Shown in pieces: positions 30,855-40,007 of a stretch of DNA of 64,000 nucleotides. The notes below the pieces were generated by a model. That model was given only the letters and a program-made list of their open reading frames with translations, made no database searches and was not told the DNA's origin. Position 1 is the stretch's first letter; every line of letters starts with the position of its first letter. The translations under genes were made by a program, and so were the position numbers. Source of the DNA: Dehalococcoidia bacterium. GTDB lineage: Bacteria; Chloroflexota; Dehalococcoidia; UBA6926. Location of the stretch: positions 1,833,211 through 1,897,210 of the forward strand of contig OY762213.1 in assembly GCA_963665385.1 (NCBI GenBank), given 5' to 3'.

Positions 30855-30969
30855 TGCCGTTCTCCCCGCTTCTACGTCCCTTGACGCATCGCATTGTGCT
30901 CAGATTCGCCCTGTATCCGACAACTCCCGGCGAAACACGGTCGCATTACCGTGCCGTGCTCGAGTCAGA

Positions 30970-31218
30970 TCAGAGCGAGACTGAGAGGCAAGTGACGGTG
31001 CGAAGAATGCCCCCAATCGTATGGATGCGGCTAGCAACAAGGCTACCGACCGTATTGAGGTCCTCCGCTTCGATCGTCGCAATGACGTCGTACGGACCCG
31101 TCACCGCATCAACGGATGTCATCTCAGGAACCTTCTTGAGTTCATTGACAACTTCCTGCGTCTTGCCAACGGAAGTCTCTACCAATATGAAAGCGCGAGT
31201 GGTCACGTTAACCCCCAA
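30970..31218 (-). CDS. Lrp/AsnC ligand-binding (RAM) domain protein, stand-alone
   Basis: 82 aa. AFILVETSVGKTQEVVNELKKVPEMTSVDAVTGPYDVIATIEAEDLNTVGSLVASRIHTIGGILRTVT is the AsnC C-terminal fold without an HTH. Confidence 0.65.
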   Translation of the reverse strand: MGVNVTTRAFILVETSVGKTQEVVNELKKVPEMTSVDAVTGPYDVIATIEAEDLNTVGSLVASRIHTIGGILRTVTCLSVSL

Positions 31219-31279
31219 TAAATTTAGCCCACCAGAGCCGTTAAAGGCGGCTTATTCTAGGCGCGGACGGGCAAAAGTG

Positions 31280-32242
31280 TCAATTGGTTGAGCCGTTGTC
31301 GAAGCGCCATTGAAAGTACTCCGTCACCGCGTCGAGATACGCGACAGGGTGGTCACTAAAAGCCGCGCTGTGACCACCGGACGGAAAAGACTTCAAACGG
31401 GTTTCAGGGTGCGTTGCTGCCGCTGCGATACGTTCTGAGTGGTCAGTGGCGATCCTGTCGTCGTCCTCCGAGTGCGTCAGCAACAGCGGAATATCAAGTT
31501 CCCCCACGAATTCCTCAGGCTTGAGGGCCGACAGCGGAATCCCGTACCGCACTCGGGCCACAATCTCCATTCCCGGCTTCAGCACCCCTATCGTCCATTC
31601 CGGGAGCGGCGTTCGGTCAGCCACTTCGGACGCGAACAGGTCATCGATATTCGCAAAGGCGCTGTCGACGACAAGGGCACGCAGTCGCGGCTCTTCCGTA
31701 GCACCCAGCAGCGCGGCAACTCCTCCCATGGAGAATCCAAGCACGCCAATGCGCTCCGTCGGAATCCCATATCGGGTTTCGACCACATCCATCGCACCAA
31801 GCACGTCGTAACGCTCGAAGTAACCGGCGGACATTATCTCGCCGTCCGACTCTCCGTGTGCTCTCAGATCGAACATGATCACCGAGAATCCCCTGTCTCG
31901 GAGGTCTCGAATCAGCGGCATATAAAGCTCTGGGTCGCGTGCCCGGTTTGAATCCAGGCCATGAACGACAATGATCGCCGATTCCGCGTCATTGGCTTGC
32001 GCAAGTCTCGGAATCCACCAGCCTCTTAACGTTATCGGACTATCCTCTGCGCGTTCCTCCGGCATGCGCGGCAGAAACTCGATGTCCTCATAAGCCATCT
32101 CGTAGTCCAACGGTGTCACTTCGACTGGCTCACGTTCCGCAACCACAGCCTGCGAAACCATCGTCCAGGAGGCGACGGCGATGAGAGCAACAATTATGCC
32201 CACGGCCGCCATCAGGACGCGGCCCAGGAATAGGCGGCTCAT
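31280..32242 (-). CDS. Alpha/beta hydrolase with N-terminal membrane anchor
   Basis: 320 aa. The nucleophile elbow is GFSMGG; Asp and His lie later (DDD...GGHS). There is an N-terminal TM helix. Confidence 0.82.
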   Translation of the reverse strand: MSRLFLGRVLMAAVGIIVALIAVASWTMVSQAVVAEREPVEVTPLDYEMAYEDIEFLPRMPEERAEDSPITLRGWWIPRLAQANDAESAIIVVHGLDSNRARDPELYMPLIRDLRDRGFSVIMFDLRAHGESDGEIMSAGYFERYDVLGAMDVVETRYGIPTERIGVLGFSMGGVAALLGATEEPRLRALVVDSAFANIDDLFASEVADRTPLPEWTIGVLKPGMEIVARVRYGIPLSALKPEEFVGELDIPLLLTHSEDDDRIATDHSERIAAAATHPETRLKSFPSGGHSAAFSDHPVAYLDAVTEYFQWRFDNGSTN

Positions 32243-33549
32243 TCGTCCTCTGGAGCGCTGCCGGAGATCCCGGTTTCTCCCAACAGCTCAATGCGCGTCT
32301 CGTCACCGGCTTCAAGGCGCGTCACGTCTTCCGGGCAGATCGCCAACCCATTCGCCCGCGCCATCGCTGTCAGGATATTGGAGCCTTGCGGGCCGGAGAG
32401 GCGCGCGTGCATGCGACCATCGTCGCCGCGGTACACGTGAGCACGCGCGTACACCCGCCTGCCGTCCTCATTCACGATCGGATCGTCAAGGATGGCAGAG
32501 AGTGACGGAGAGTCCCACGTCTGGTGCCCCATCATCTTGCGTAGCGCCGGACGCGCGAGCATGTGGAAAACGACCATTGCGCTCACGGGGTTGCCCGGCA
32601 GGCCCAAATGTGGCACGTCTCGCCCCCACGGCGCCTCCGCCGTTCCACGCAGGATTCCGAACACCACCGGTTTGCCCGGGCGCATCCGTACCGCCCACAC
32701 GCGTAAATCACCCAGTGACTGCAGGACGTCCTTGACCAGATCGTAGTAGCCGACGGAGACGCCCGCGGACGTGATCAGAAAGTTTGCATCGCGCGCCTGC
32801 TCCACATGCCCGCGAACCGAATCCTCCGTATCGCGGGCGATGCCCAGAGGTCGAGCGATACCACCCATCTGCTGGACGAGGCCCTGCACTGTGTATGTGT
32901 TTATGTCATAGATGTGGCCGACGCCTAGCTCATCCCCGGGCGCGGCAATCTCATTGCCGGAGGCGAGGATGGCAACGACGGGGCGCGGATGGACGGGAAC
33001 GCTTGCCATACCGACGGAGGCCAACACGCCAAGGCGCGCCGGAGTCAGCTCCATCCCCTTCTCCAACACCACCGCTCCGGGTTTCACATCCTCCCCCGCG
33101 GCACGTATTGAGGTTCCAACCGCAGGAGAGGAGTAGATCGTTATGGCGTCGAGTGCCTGCCCATTCGCCCTGCGGCTTTCCTCATCGGTGTCCTCGAAAC
33201 GGACAATGGCGTCCGCGCCGGACGGGATGGGAGCGCCGGTCATGATGCGCACTGCCGCCCCCGCAACAACGGCCGGTTCGGGCGGCGATCCCGCGGCGAT
33301 CTCCCCAATCACGGGCAACTCAACCGGGGAGTCCCGTCGTGCCGCCGCCACATCCTCCGCACGAACCGCATAACCGTCCATCGCAGAATTCGGGAGCGGC
33401 GGGATGGAGATCGCGGACCGCACGTCCTCGGACAGCACCAGGCCATTGGCATCTGAAAGCGGGACACGTGTGGACGGCAGCGGCTGAATGTCACCAAGGA
33501 CGCGTTCAAGCGCCTCTTCCACCAGGATCATGCCGGTCTGTGTTGTCAT
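32239..33549 (-). CDS. moeA: Molybdopterin molybdotransferase
   Basis: 436 aa with MoeA N-terminal, MPT-binding (GGVSVG...) and C-terminal domains. AMDGYAVRAEDV is MoeA-typical. Confidence 0.88.
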   Translation of the reverse strand: MTTQTGMILVEEALERVLGDIQPLPSTRVPLSDANGLVLSEDVRSAISIPPLPNSAMDGYAVRAEDVAAARRDSPVELPVIGEIAAGSPPEPAVVAGAAVRIMTGAPIPSGADAIVRFEDTDEESRRANGQALDAITIYSSPAVGTSIRAAGEDVKPGAVVLEKGMELTPARLGVLASVGMASVPVHPRPVVAILASGNEIAAPGDELGVGHIYDINTYTVQGLVQQMGGIARPLGIARDTEDSVRGHVEQARDANFLITSAGVSVGYYDLVKDVLQSLGDLRVWAVRMRPGKPVVFGILRGTAEAPWGRDVPHLGLPGNPVSAMVVFHMLARPALRKMMGHQTWDSPSLSAILDDPIVNEDGRRVYARAHVYRGDDGRMHARLSGPQGSNILTAMARANGLAICPEDVTRLEAGDETRIELLGETGISGSAPEDE

Positions 33550-33588
33550 CGTTTCAATGCGCCTCTCGTCATGTGGGGCGCGTGACCA

Positions 33589-36051
33589 TCATGCCCGTGA
33601 GCGAAGTGTCGCGCCCGCCTCTCGTTGCAGTTTATCCAGCAACTGCGTTTCCGCCACATCAACTTCCGTATCCGTCAGCGTGCGCGTTGGTGACTGCCAT
33701 ACGAGTGAGAACGCGAGGGATTTCTTTCCGTCAGGAACCTGTGGGCCTTGATACACGTCTACGAGCGCAGACCGCACGACGGATGGGAAGTCACGGATGA
33801 TATCACCCACGGCCCCCGCCGGCGCTCCCTCGTCGACTAGTAGAGAAAGTTCCCGCAGCACGCCGGGGAATCGGGAAACCGACTGCCACGTCCGTTCAGT
33901 TTCGCGGCGGTTCTGAAGAGCCGCCTGTAGGTCAATCTCATAAAGGACGACGTGCGGAGCGCGGATATCAAGCGCAGCCAACGTGTCAGGATGCACCTCA
34001 CCGATCGTTCCAAATGGCCGGCCGCCTATCTCCGGCAAGACGTGAGCCGAGCGCCCGTGCGCCAGGATTCGGTCCTCGCCCGCTTCGTACCGCGCTCGTA
34101 CTCCGAGAGTTTCGAGCAGAGTTTCCACCAGTCCCTTTGCGTCAAAGAAGTCCAGCTCATCGGAGGCGGTATCGCTGCCGCCGATCCATGACCGGTTTGC
34201 GCGCGTCCCGGCCATCACGCCGCACACGTACGTCCGCTCCTCCGGCTGATGCCGAGGCCCATGCGGGAGGTATGCCTGCCCAATCTCGAAGAGCCGGTAT
34301 GATTCGCGGCTGATGCCACGCTCATTATTCGCAAGCGTGCGCAGCAGACTGCCACGCAGCGTGGTTCTCAAATACTCCTGGTCAGGCGACATGCGATTCC
34401 AGACGCGCAGGGGGTCCTGCGGCGCGTCCCCCGGGATGGTGGTCTGCAACAGATCCATCGGCACCAGAGGGTAGGAGATCGTTTCGCGGTGGCCCAGTTG
34501 AACGAGGGCGTCGCGCACGTCATCTTTCATCTGCGTCAGGGGTTCGGGGAGGTCAGGCTCGCCGGTAGTCGGCAGCAGTGTGACGGGGATGGCGTCATAA
34601 CCCACAATCCGCGCCACTTCCTCGATCAAGTCATCGGCGATACCGATATCCGTCCGCCAATACGGGACAGTGGCGTCGATGGTGTATTCACCGTCTGCCC
34701 GGTCTGTAGCCATCACCTCAAATCCGAGCGTGCGCAGCGTCCGTTCCGAGACCTCGCGCCCCGGGTCGCTGCCCATCACCTGCGTCATGCGCTCAGACGT
34801 CAAGGTAACCACCGCCGGTTCGTGCCTGTCAGGCCAGTCGTCTGCTATGCCTTTTGCCGCCGTTCCGCCACAGAGTTCAACCAGCATCTTGGCGGCGCGG
34901 CGCAGGCCGATGGGTGGAAGTGTTATGGGTAAGTTGCGCTCGAAACGTTGTGAAGCCTCCGTGCCGCGCTTGCCGCCCACCTCGATGCGCCGCCTTTGAA
35001 CCGTGCGTCGCGTACTGGCAAAACCAAATGACGCGGACTCCAGGATGATATTCGTGGTGGAATCCGAGACCTCTGAGTTTTCGCCGCCCATGATGCCGCC
35101 CAGTCCCACGGGACCATTCTCGTCGGCAATGACAAGGTCCTCCGTCGAGAGAACGTGCTGCCGTCCGTCCAGCGTTTCGAGCGGCTCATCCGGTGTGGCG
35201 CGGCGCACAATTAGCTTGCCGCCCGCAATTCGATCCCTGTCGAAAGCGTGAAGCGGCTGCCCTATCTCCAGCATCACGTAGTTCGTGATGTCAACGACAT
35301 TAGAGATTGGTCGCACTCCTGCAGCCTTCAACCGCATTTGCATCCAGCCCGGCGCCGGACCGACGGTCGCTCCGGTAATCAGGGCCGATGTATAGCGCGG
35401 CGCGAACTCCGGCGCGCGTAGGTCAACCAGATCCTTAGTCGTTATAGGGTCTCCGTCCTCTGCGTATTCCAGAGACGGCACACGCACCGGGTTGCCTGTT
35501 AGCGCCCCGACCTCCCAGGCCACGCCGAGCATCGACAGCCAGTCAGGCCGGTTAGCTGTAACTTCCACGTCGAGAATGACATCGCCCAGATAGTCCTCTA
35601 GGGGCATGCCGGGGACCGCATCGCCCGGCAGCACCAGGATGCCCTCATGGTCATCGCCCAGCCCAAGCTCACGCTCGGAGCAGATCATGCCCTCAGAGAT
35701 GACGCCGCGGATGCGCGCCGACTTGAGCGTCTCCCGGCTACCCGTCTGCGGATTGGTAAGCGTTGCCCCGACGCGGGCGAGCACGATATTCTGGCCGCCC
35801 TCCACATTCGGCGCGCCGCAGATGACCTCCAACTCTTCAGAGCCCGTGTTGACCCTAGCCAACTTCAGGCGGTCTGCGTTTGGGTGTGGCCCAAGCCGTT
35901 CAATATGGCCAACAAGGACGTTGTCCCAGTCGCCACCCACGCGTTCGATGGAGCCCACCTCAAGGCCGGCCATCGTCAGCCGATGGGCCAATTCCTCCGG
36001 CGTCAAATCAAAATCGACGTATTCTCGCAGCCACTTGAGCGACACGCGCAT
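33589..36051 (-). CDS. pheT: Phenylalanine--tRNA ligase beta subunit
   Basis: 820 aa. The N-terminal tRNA-binding domain reads MRVSLKWLREYVDFDLTPEELAHRLTMAGLEVGSIERV. B3/B4, B5 and C-terminal FDX-ACB domains are recognisable. Confidence 0.93.
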   Translation of the reverse strand: MRVSLKWLREYVDFDLTPEELAHRLTMAGLEVGSIERVGGDWDNVLVGHIERLGPHPNADRLKLARVNTGSEELEVICGAPNVEGGQNIVLARVGATLTNPQTGSRETLKSARIRGVISEGMICSERELGLGDDHEGILVLPGDAVPGMPLEDYLGDVILDVEVTANRPDWLSMLGVAWEVGALTGNPVRVPSLEYAEDGDPITTKDLVDLRAPEFAPRYTSALITGATVGPAPGWMQMRLKAAGVRPISNVVDITNYVMLEIGQPLHAFDRDRIAGGKLIVRRATPDEPLETLDGRQHVLSTEDLVIADENGPVGLGGIMGGENSEVSDSTTNIILESASFGFASTRRTVQRRRIEVGGKRGTEASQRFERNLPITLPPIGLRRAAKMLVELCGGTAAKGIADDWPDRHEPAVVTLTSERMTQVMGSDPGREVSERTLRTLGFEVMATDRADGEYTIDATVPYWRTDIGIADDLIEEVARIVGYDAIPVTLLPTTGEPDLPEPLTQMKDDVRDALVQLGHRETISYPLVPMDLLQTTIPGDAPQDPLRVWNRMSPDQEYLRTTLRGSLLRTLANNERGISRESYRLFEIGQAYLPHGPRHQPEERTYVCGVMAGTRANRSWIGGSDTASDELDFFDAKGLVETLLETLGVRARYEAGEDRILAHGRSAHVLPEIGGRPFGTIGEVHPDTLAALDIRAPHVVLYEIDLQAALQNRRETERTWQSVSRFPGVLRELSLLVDEGAPAGAVGDIIRDFPSVVRSALVDVYQGPQVPDGKKSLAFSLVWQSPTRTLTDTEVDVAETQLLDKLQREAGATLRSRA

Positions 36052-36060
36052 CGCGTCGTC

Positions 36061-36435
36061 TTACTCCGTTCGATCCGTATCGTCAGTATTCTCAGTCCCG
36101 ACTTCGCCGTCATCGTCAACGGCTTCGACGACGCCCCCGAATGGGGCGCCGCCTATATCCTCCTGTTGTTCTTCGCCGTGATCATGACCTTGGTGTGCGA
36201 TTGCCTCCGCAGTCGCCAGGTCATTCTGCCCCGCCGCTGCGTGCCGCATGGTGATACGAAAGCGCGGCGGCTTGTGCGAGGTTGATCGCACAAGGTACAC
36301 GTTCCCGCAGGCATGGCAATGAAAGCGATGCGGCACAAGATTCGATGGCAACTCGCTATGCCCTTCGTAGTACACCAAGGCATTACAATTGGGGCAATTC
36401 TGCTGTGTGGGAACGGAACCGCCGTGTGTCGTCAT
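36061..36435 (-). CDS. Zinc-ribbon hypothetical protein with an acidic C-terminal tail, inserted between pheS and pheT
   Basis: 124 aa. CPNCNALVYYEGHSELPSNLVPHRFHCHACGNVY gives a CxxC...CxxC ribbon. The C-terminus is EEQQEDIGGAPFGGVVEAVDDDGEVGTENTDDTDRTE. It fills most of the 733-bp pheS-pheT gap. Confidence 0.45.
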   Translation of the reverse strand: MTTHGGSVPTQQNCPNCNALVYYEGHSELPSNLVPHRFHCHACGNVYLVRSTSHKPPRFRITMRHAAAGQNDLATAEAIAHQGHDHGEEQQEDIGGAPFGGVVEAVDDDGEVGTENTDDTDRTE

Positions 36436-36468
36436 GCGGCCCTCCCGCCTCTTGCCCGACGCATATTC

Positions 36469-36729
36469 CTAGCGAAGTTGCGCAACAGTAGCCTTCTCCA
36501 AATCCTGGATTTCCCTGACGATGCTCATTCCTTCGGCGACAGACATTGGGCCGAGCATGTCCCGCTGTGCGTCTCGAAGCTTATCCGCGAGTTCGACGTA
36601 GGCCACCCGTAGCTGGTCCGCGACCGCCCGTTCCGCCGCAGCACTCAGGCAACCAAGAATCGTGCCGAACTCTTCAATCGAAAGTGACAGGTTAACCATC
36701 ACCTTCTCTGCTCGTTCCGTCATCTCCAT
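36469..36729 (-). CDS. Hypothetical small protein (86 aa) between pheS and pheT
   Basis: ORF only. It is a helical, charged protein with no recognisable motif. Confidence 0.35.
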   Translation of the reverse strand: MEMTERAEKVMVNLSLSIEEFGTILGCLSAAAERAVADQLRVAYVELADKLRDAQRDMLGPMSVAEGMSIVREIQDLEKATVAQLR

Positions 36730-36783
36730 CCTCCTTCCGATCGCGGAGCCCTTCGCTCCTTCCCTCGCGCTATTCCCACCGAG

Positions 36784-37836
36784 CTAGAATTGCTCTAGAA
36801 AATTCAAATCGTTGGCATAGAAATGCCGTATGTCGTCGATGCCGTGCCGAAGCATCGCTATCCGCTCCGGCCCCATGCCGAATGCAAATCCTGTGTACTC
36901 ATCCGGGTCATAACCCACCCGCTGCAGAATCTTGGGATGAACCATCCCTGCTCCCATAATCTCCAACCACCCTGATTGGCTACAGACGCGGCAGCCGTTG
37001 CCTTTGCAGGCGAAGCAATCGATGGCCATATCGACACCGGGTTCTACGAACGGAAAGAAGTCACATCGAAAGCGGACGCGGCGGTCAGGACCGAACATGC
37101 GCCGTGCAAAAGCGTACAGGGTACCCTTCAGATCCGCGAACGTGATGCCGCGGTCAATAGCTAGGCCCTCAACCTGGAAGAAGACGGACTCGTGCGACGC
37201 GTCCGTCGCCTCGTGCCGAAACACACGACCCGGAACGAGCACACGAATGGGTGGCTCCTGCGCCTCCATGATGCGCACCTGCATTGGAGATGTATGCGTC
37301 CGCAGCAACAGCGGCCGCTTGCCGTCATCATCCTCGATGTCCAACCACAGCGTGTCCCACTGATCGCGTGCCGGGTGGTCTGCAGGAATGTTCAACGCCT
37401 CGAAGTTGTAGTAATCCCACTCCACTTCGGGGCCTTCGACAACGGTAAACCCCATTGGCTTGAACGCGTCGATGATTTCCCTCAGTGTTTGCGTCGTGGG
37501 GTGCAGTCCGCCGGCGGGCACACGGCGCCCTGGCAGTGTCACGTCGATGGCCTCTGCGGACAGCCTCTGAGAGACGCTGGCGTGCTCAAGCACTGCGCGT
37601 CGCTCCTCATAGGCATTCTCAAGCGCAGTACGAACCCGATTGGCAAGTTGGCCCGCCTCACGCCGATCCTCAATAGGAAGCGTCGGAAGCTGTTCCAGTA
37701 GCTTCGGAAGACGACCCTGTCGCCGGCCCTGCCACGTCACACGCCATTCTTCCAACGCATCCCTGTCAGAGATGCGCTCGAGTTCAGCGAGCGCGCTGCT
37801 CTCCACGTCAGTTAGTTCATCGGTGAGTGTGGACAT
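36784..37836 (-). CDS. pheS: Phenylalanine--tRNA ligase alpha subunit
   Basis: 350 aa. The class II aaRS core has FRHEATDASHESVFFQVEGL (motif 2-like) and GAGMVHPKIL... GFAFGMGPERIAMLRHGIDDIR (motif 3). Confidence 0.93.
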   Translation of the reverse strand: MSTLTDELTDVESSALAELERISDRDALEEWRVTWQGRRQGRLPKLLEQLPTLPIEDRREAGQLANRVRTALENAYEERRAVLEHASVSQRLSAEAIDVTLPGRRVPAGGLHPTTQTLREIIDAFKPMGFTVVEGPEVEWDYYNFEALNIPADHPARDQWDTLWLDIEDDDGKRPLLLRTHTSPMQVRIMEAQEPPIRVLVPGRVFRHEATDASHESVFFQVEGLAIDRGITFADLKGTLYAFARRMFGPDRRVRFRCDFFPFVEPGVDMAIDCFACKGNGCRVCSQSGWLEIMGAGMVHPKILQRVGYDPDEYTGFAFGMGPERIAMLRHGIDDIRHFYANDLNFLEQF

Positions 37837-37988
37837 GTTCCCCGCGCTTTTGTGACTGTCCGTACTCGAAGACCAGGATCAAAAACGCCCGCCTTATGAC
37901 GGACAACAGCAGGGATTATACCCCCTCTCCTATTGAGAGGTCAATCTAATCAGGGCGCTGTTGTGTAAGCGGGTTGTTACGGGGCGGC

Positions 37989-38507
37989 TTACGCGTCGCC
38001 CACCTGACCGCCCGTTGGCTGGGATAGGCTTGCGAAACGCAGTTCCGTCATGCGCGCCTCTGCCTGAACGTAAATCTCGAACTCCTCCGGCGTCATTCCG
38101 GAGTGCCGGATAAGAGCCTTGAGTGCGCCGCGTTTAATCATTTCTGTGCCCGGCACTCCCGGCGCAGTCAGGACGGGCGGGCGTTCATCTTCAAACTCGC
38201 TCTGGCTCAGATCTCCGATGTCGACCTGGACCTCGACCGTCTCGCAGGTGAGCGGCAGGCTGTCATCCGCACGGGCGGCGAGAATTTCATACATTTCATC
38301 GCCGAGGTAGTCGACTGAATCCACCGGCGGGGCCATGTCGTCTTCGGCCCACGCAGAGAGTGACTGCTGAATGGCGGAGTGGATGGCATCAATGGCTTCG
38401 TCTCGCGTCTCGCCCTGCGCAACGCAGCCCGGCAATGCCGGGCAGTGCAGTGAGTATCCACCCGAGGGTTCGGGCTCCAGGATGACGGTGTAAGTCGCGG
38501 TGGACAT
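37989..38507 (-). CDS. HicB-like (UPF0150) antitoxin-family protein with a C-terminal extension; no adjacent HicA
   Basis: The N-terminus YTVILEPEPSGGYSLHCPALPGCVAQGETRDEAIDAIHSAI matches the HicB fold. About 100 extra C-terminal residues follow. No hicA-like ORF lies within 150 bp. Confidence 0.55.
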   Translation of the reverse strand: MSTATYTVILEPEPSGGYSLHCPALPGCVAQGETRDEAIDAIHSAIQQSLSAWAEDDMAPPVDSVDYLGDEMYEILAARADDSLPLTCETVEVQVDIGDLSQSEFEDERPPVLTAPGVPGTEMIKRGALKALIRHSGMTPEEFEIYVQAEARMTELRFASLSQPTGGQVGDA

Positions 38508-38583
38508 TGCCAGTCAATTGTATCCCGCCAATTGAGACTGGGCACTACGCTTTTGAGCCAGCCCAGCCGTTAATCTGTAGTGT

Positions 38584-39891
38584 ATGGAATCGAGGCCGAA
38601 GACGCCTGCGTCGCCCCGCATGGGACGGCGCTTTTACTACGGGTGGGTGATTGTTGCGACGATGTTTATCGTCTCGGTCGCCCAAACAGCGCAGTACAAT
38701 CCGGCGGTTAGTATCTTCGTCAAGCCAATTACCCAGGAGTTTGGCTGGAGCCGCACCACCTTCTCAACCGCAATCGGTCTTGGTGGGCTTGTCGGTGCAG
38801 CTCTCGCCCTGATTGTCGGGCCCATCCTGGATAGGCGCGGCCCACGGATACCGACGCTCATTGCATTCATGCTGCTGGGCGGGGTTGTGATGTCGCTAAG
38901 CCAGATCTCGGAAATCTGGCACTTCTACGCGATCATCGTAACGAACCGCGCCCTCATCACAGGCTTCCTTTCCATCGTTGCGGGTGTGGTCGTGTCCAAG
39001 TGGTTCATTCGACGTCGTGGCCGGGCCATGTCGTTTTCCATTACGGGCATTCGCTTTGGGCAGGCTATCTTTCCGCCCTATGCGACTTTTTTCGTCCTGC
39101 GGTCAGGCTGGCAGACTGCGGCAATCGCGCTTGGCGGATTGGTGTGGCTTATGACACTTCTGCCTGTTGCCTTGTTCTTGCGGCGGCAGCCGGAGGACAT
39201 GGGGCTGCGGCCGGACGGTGACGGCCCCCCAAGTGATGATGAGGATTTTGATTCGCCACAGGCATATGCCGCGAGCGAAGAGGCATCGTTCACGCTGTCA
39301 CAGGCCCTCCACACGCGGGCCTTCTACCTGATCCTTTTCGCAACAAGCGCCCTTGCATTCAACATCGGTGGAATCAACTTCAATCTTTTTCCCTACATGA
39401 CCGACCAGGGGATGTCAGAAGCGCAGGCCGCGATGATCTTGACGGTATGGTCACTGGTTGGCGCGACAGGGTCGCTGATTGTGGGGTTTGTAGCTGAAAA
39501 AATGCATGTGCGCTTCGTGATGGCGCTGGCCTTCTCGTTTGCAACTGTGGGTGTCGGGCTGCTCGTCATTACAGATGATGTGCCGACTGCGCTGGTGTTC
39601 TCACTCGTACATGGCCTATCGTTCGGTTCGCTGCCGATGCTGATGAACCTTGTGTGGGCGGACTACTACGGCAGGCGGCACCAGGGGACGATACGCGGTT
39701 TCACCACCCCGTTCCAGGTCATCGTGCAGGCGGGCGGCCCTATTATCGGCACACTTTCGTACGACCTCATCGATACGTACGTGCCTGCGTTCATCCTCTT
39801 CGCCGTGCTGTATATCCTCAGCGCCCTCGCGATGCTTCTGGCCAAGCCGGTCTCACTTTCCGATGTGATTGCACGCCGGAGCGCACGGTGA
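38584..39891 (+). CDS. MFS transporter (paralog of the gene at 62722)
   Basis: About 12 TM segments. FYYGWVIV is shared with the second MFS gene in the window. The start may be the internal MGRRFYYGW. Confidence 0.82.
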   Translation: MESRPKTPASPRMGRRFYYGWVIVATMFIVSVAQTAQYNPAVSIFVKPITQEFGWSRTTFSTAIGLGGLVGAALALIVGPILDRRGPRIPTLIAFMLLGGVVMSLSQISEIWHFYAIIVTNRALITGFLSIVAGVVVSKWFIRRRGRAMSFSITGIRFGQAIFPPYATFFVLRSGWQTAAIALGGLVWLMTLLPVALFLRRQPEDMGLRPDGDGPPSDDEDFDSPQAYAASEEASFTLSQALHTRAFYLILFATSALAFNIGGINFNLFPYMTDQGMSEAQAAMILTVWSLVGATGSLIVGFVAEKMHVRFVMALAFSFATVGVGLLVITDDVPTALVFSLVHGLSFGSLPMLMNLVWADYYGRRHQGTIRGFTTPFQVIVQAGGPIIGTLSYDLIDTYVPAFILFAVLYILSALAMLLAKPVSLSDVIARRSAR

Positions 39892-40007
39892 GGGCAACAC
39901 GTCCTGACGCTTGCTTAGGAATAGTCCGCAATTCTACTCTTGAAGCAATCACAGACATGTCGGAGCGGTTTGGCACGCTCCGGCCAATCAGATAAAGAGT
40001 CGGAGAG

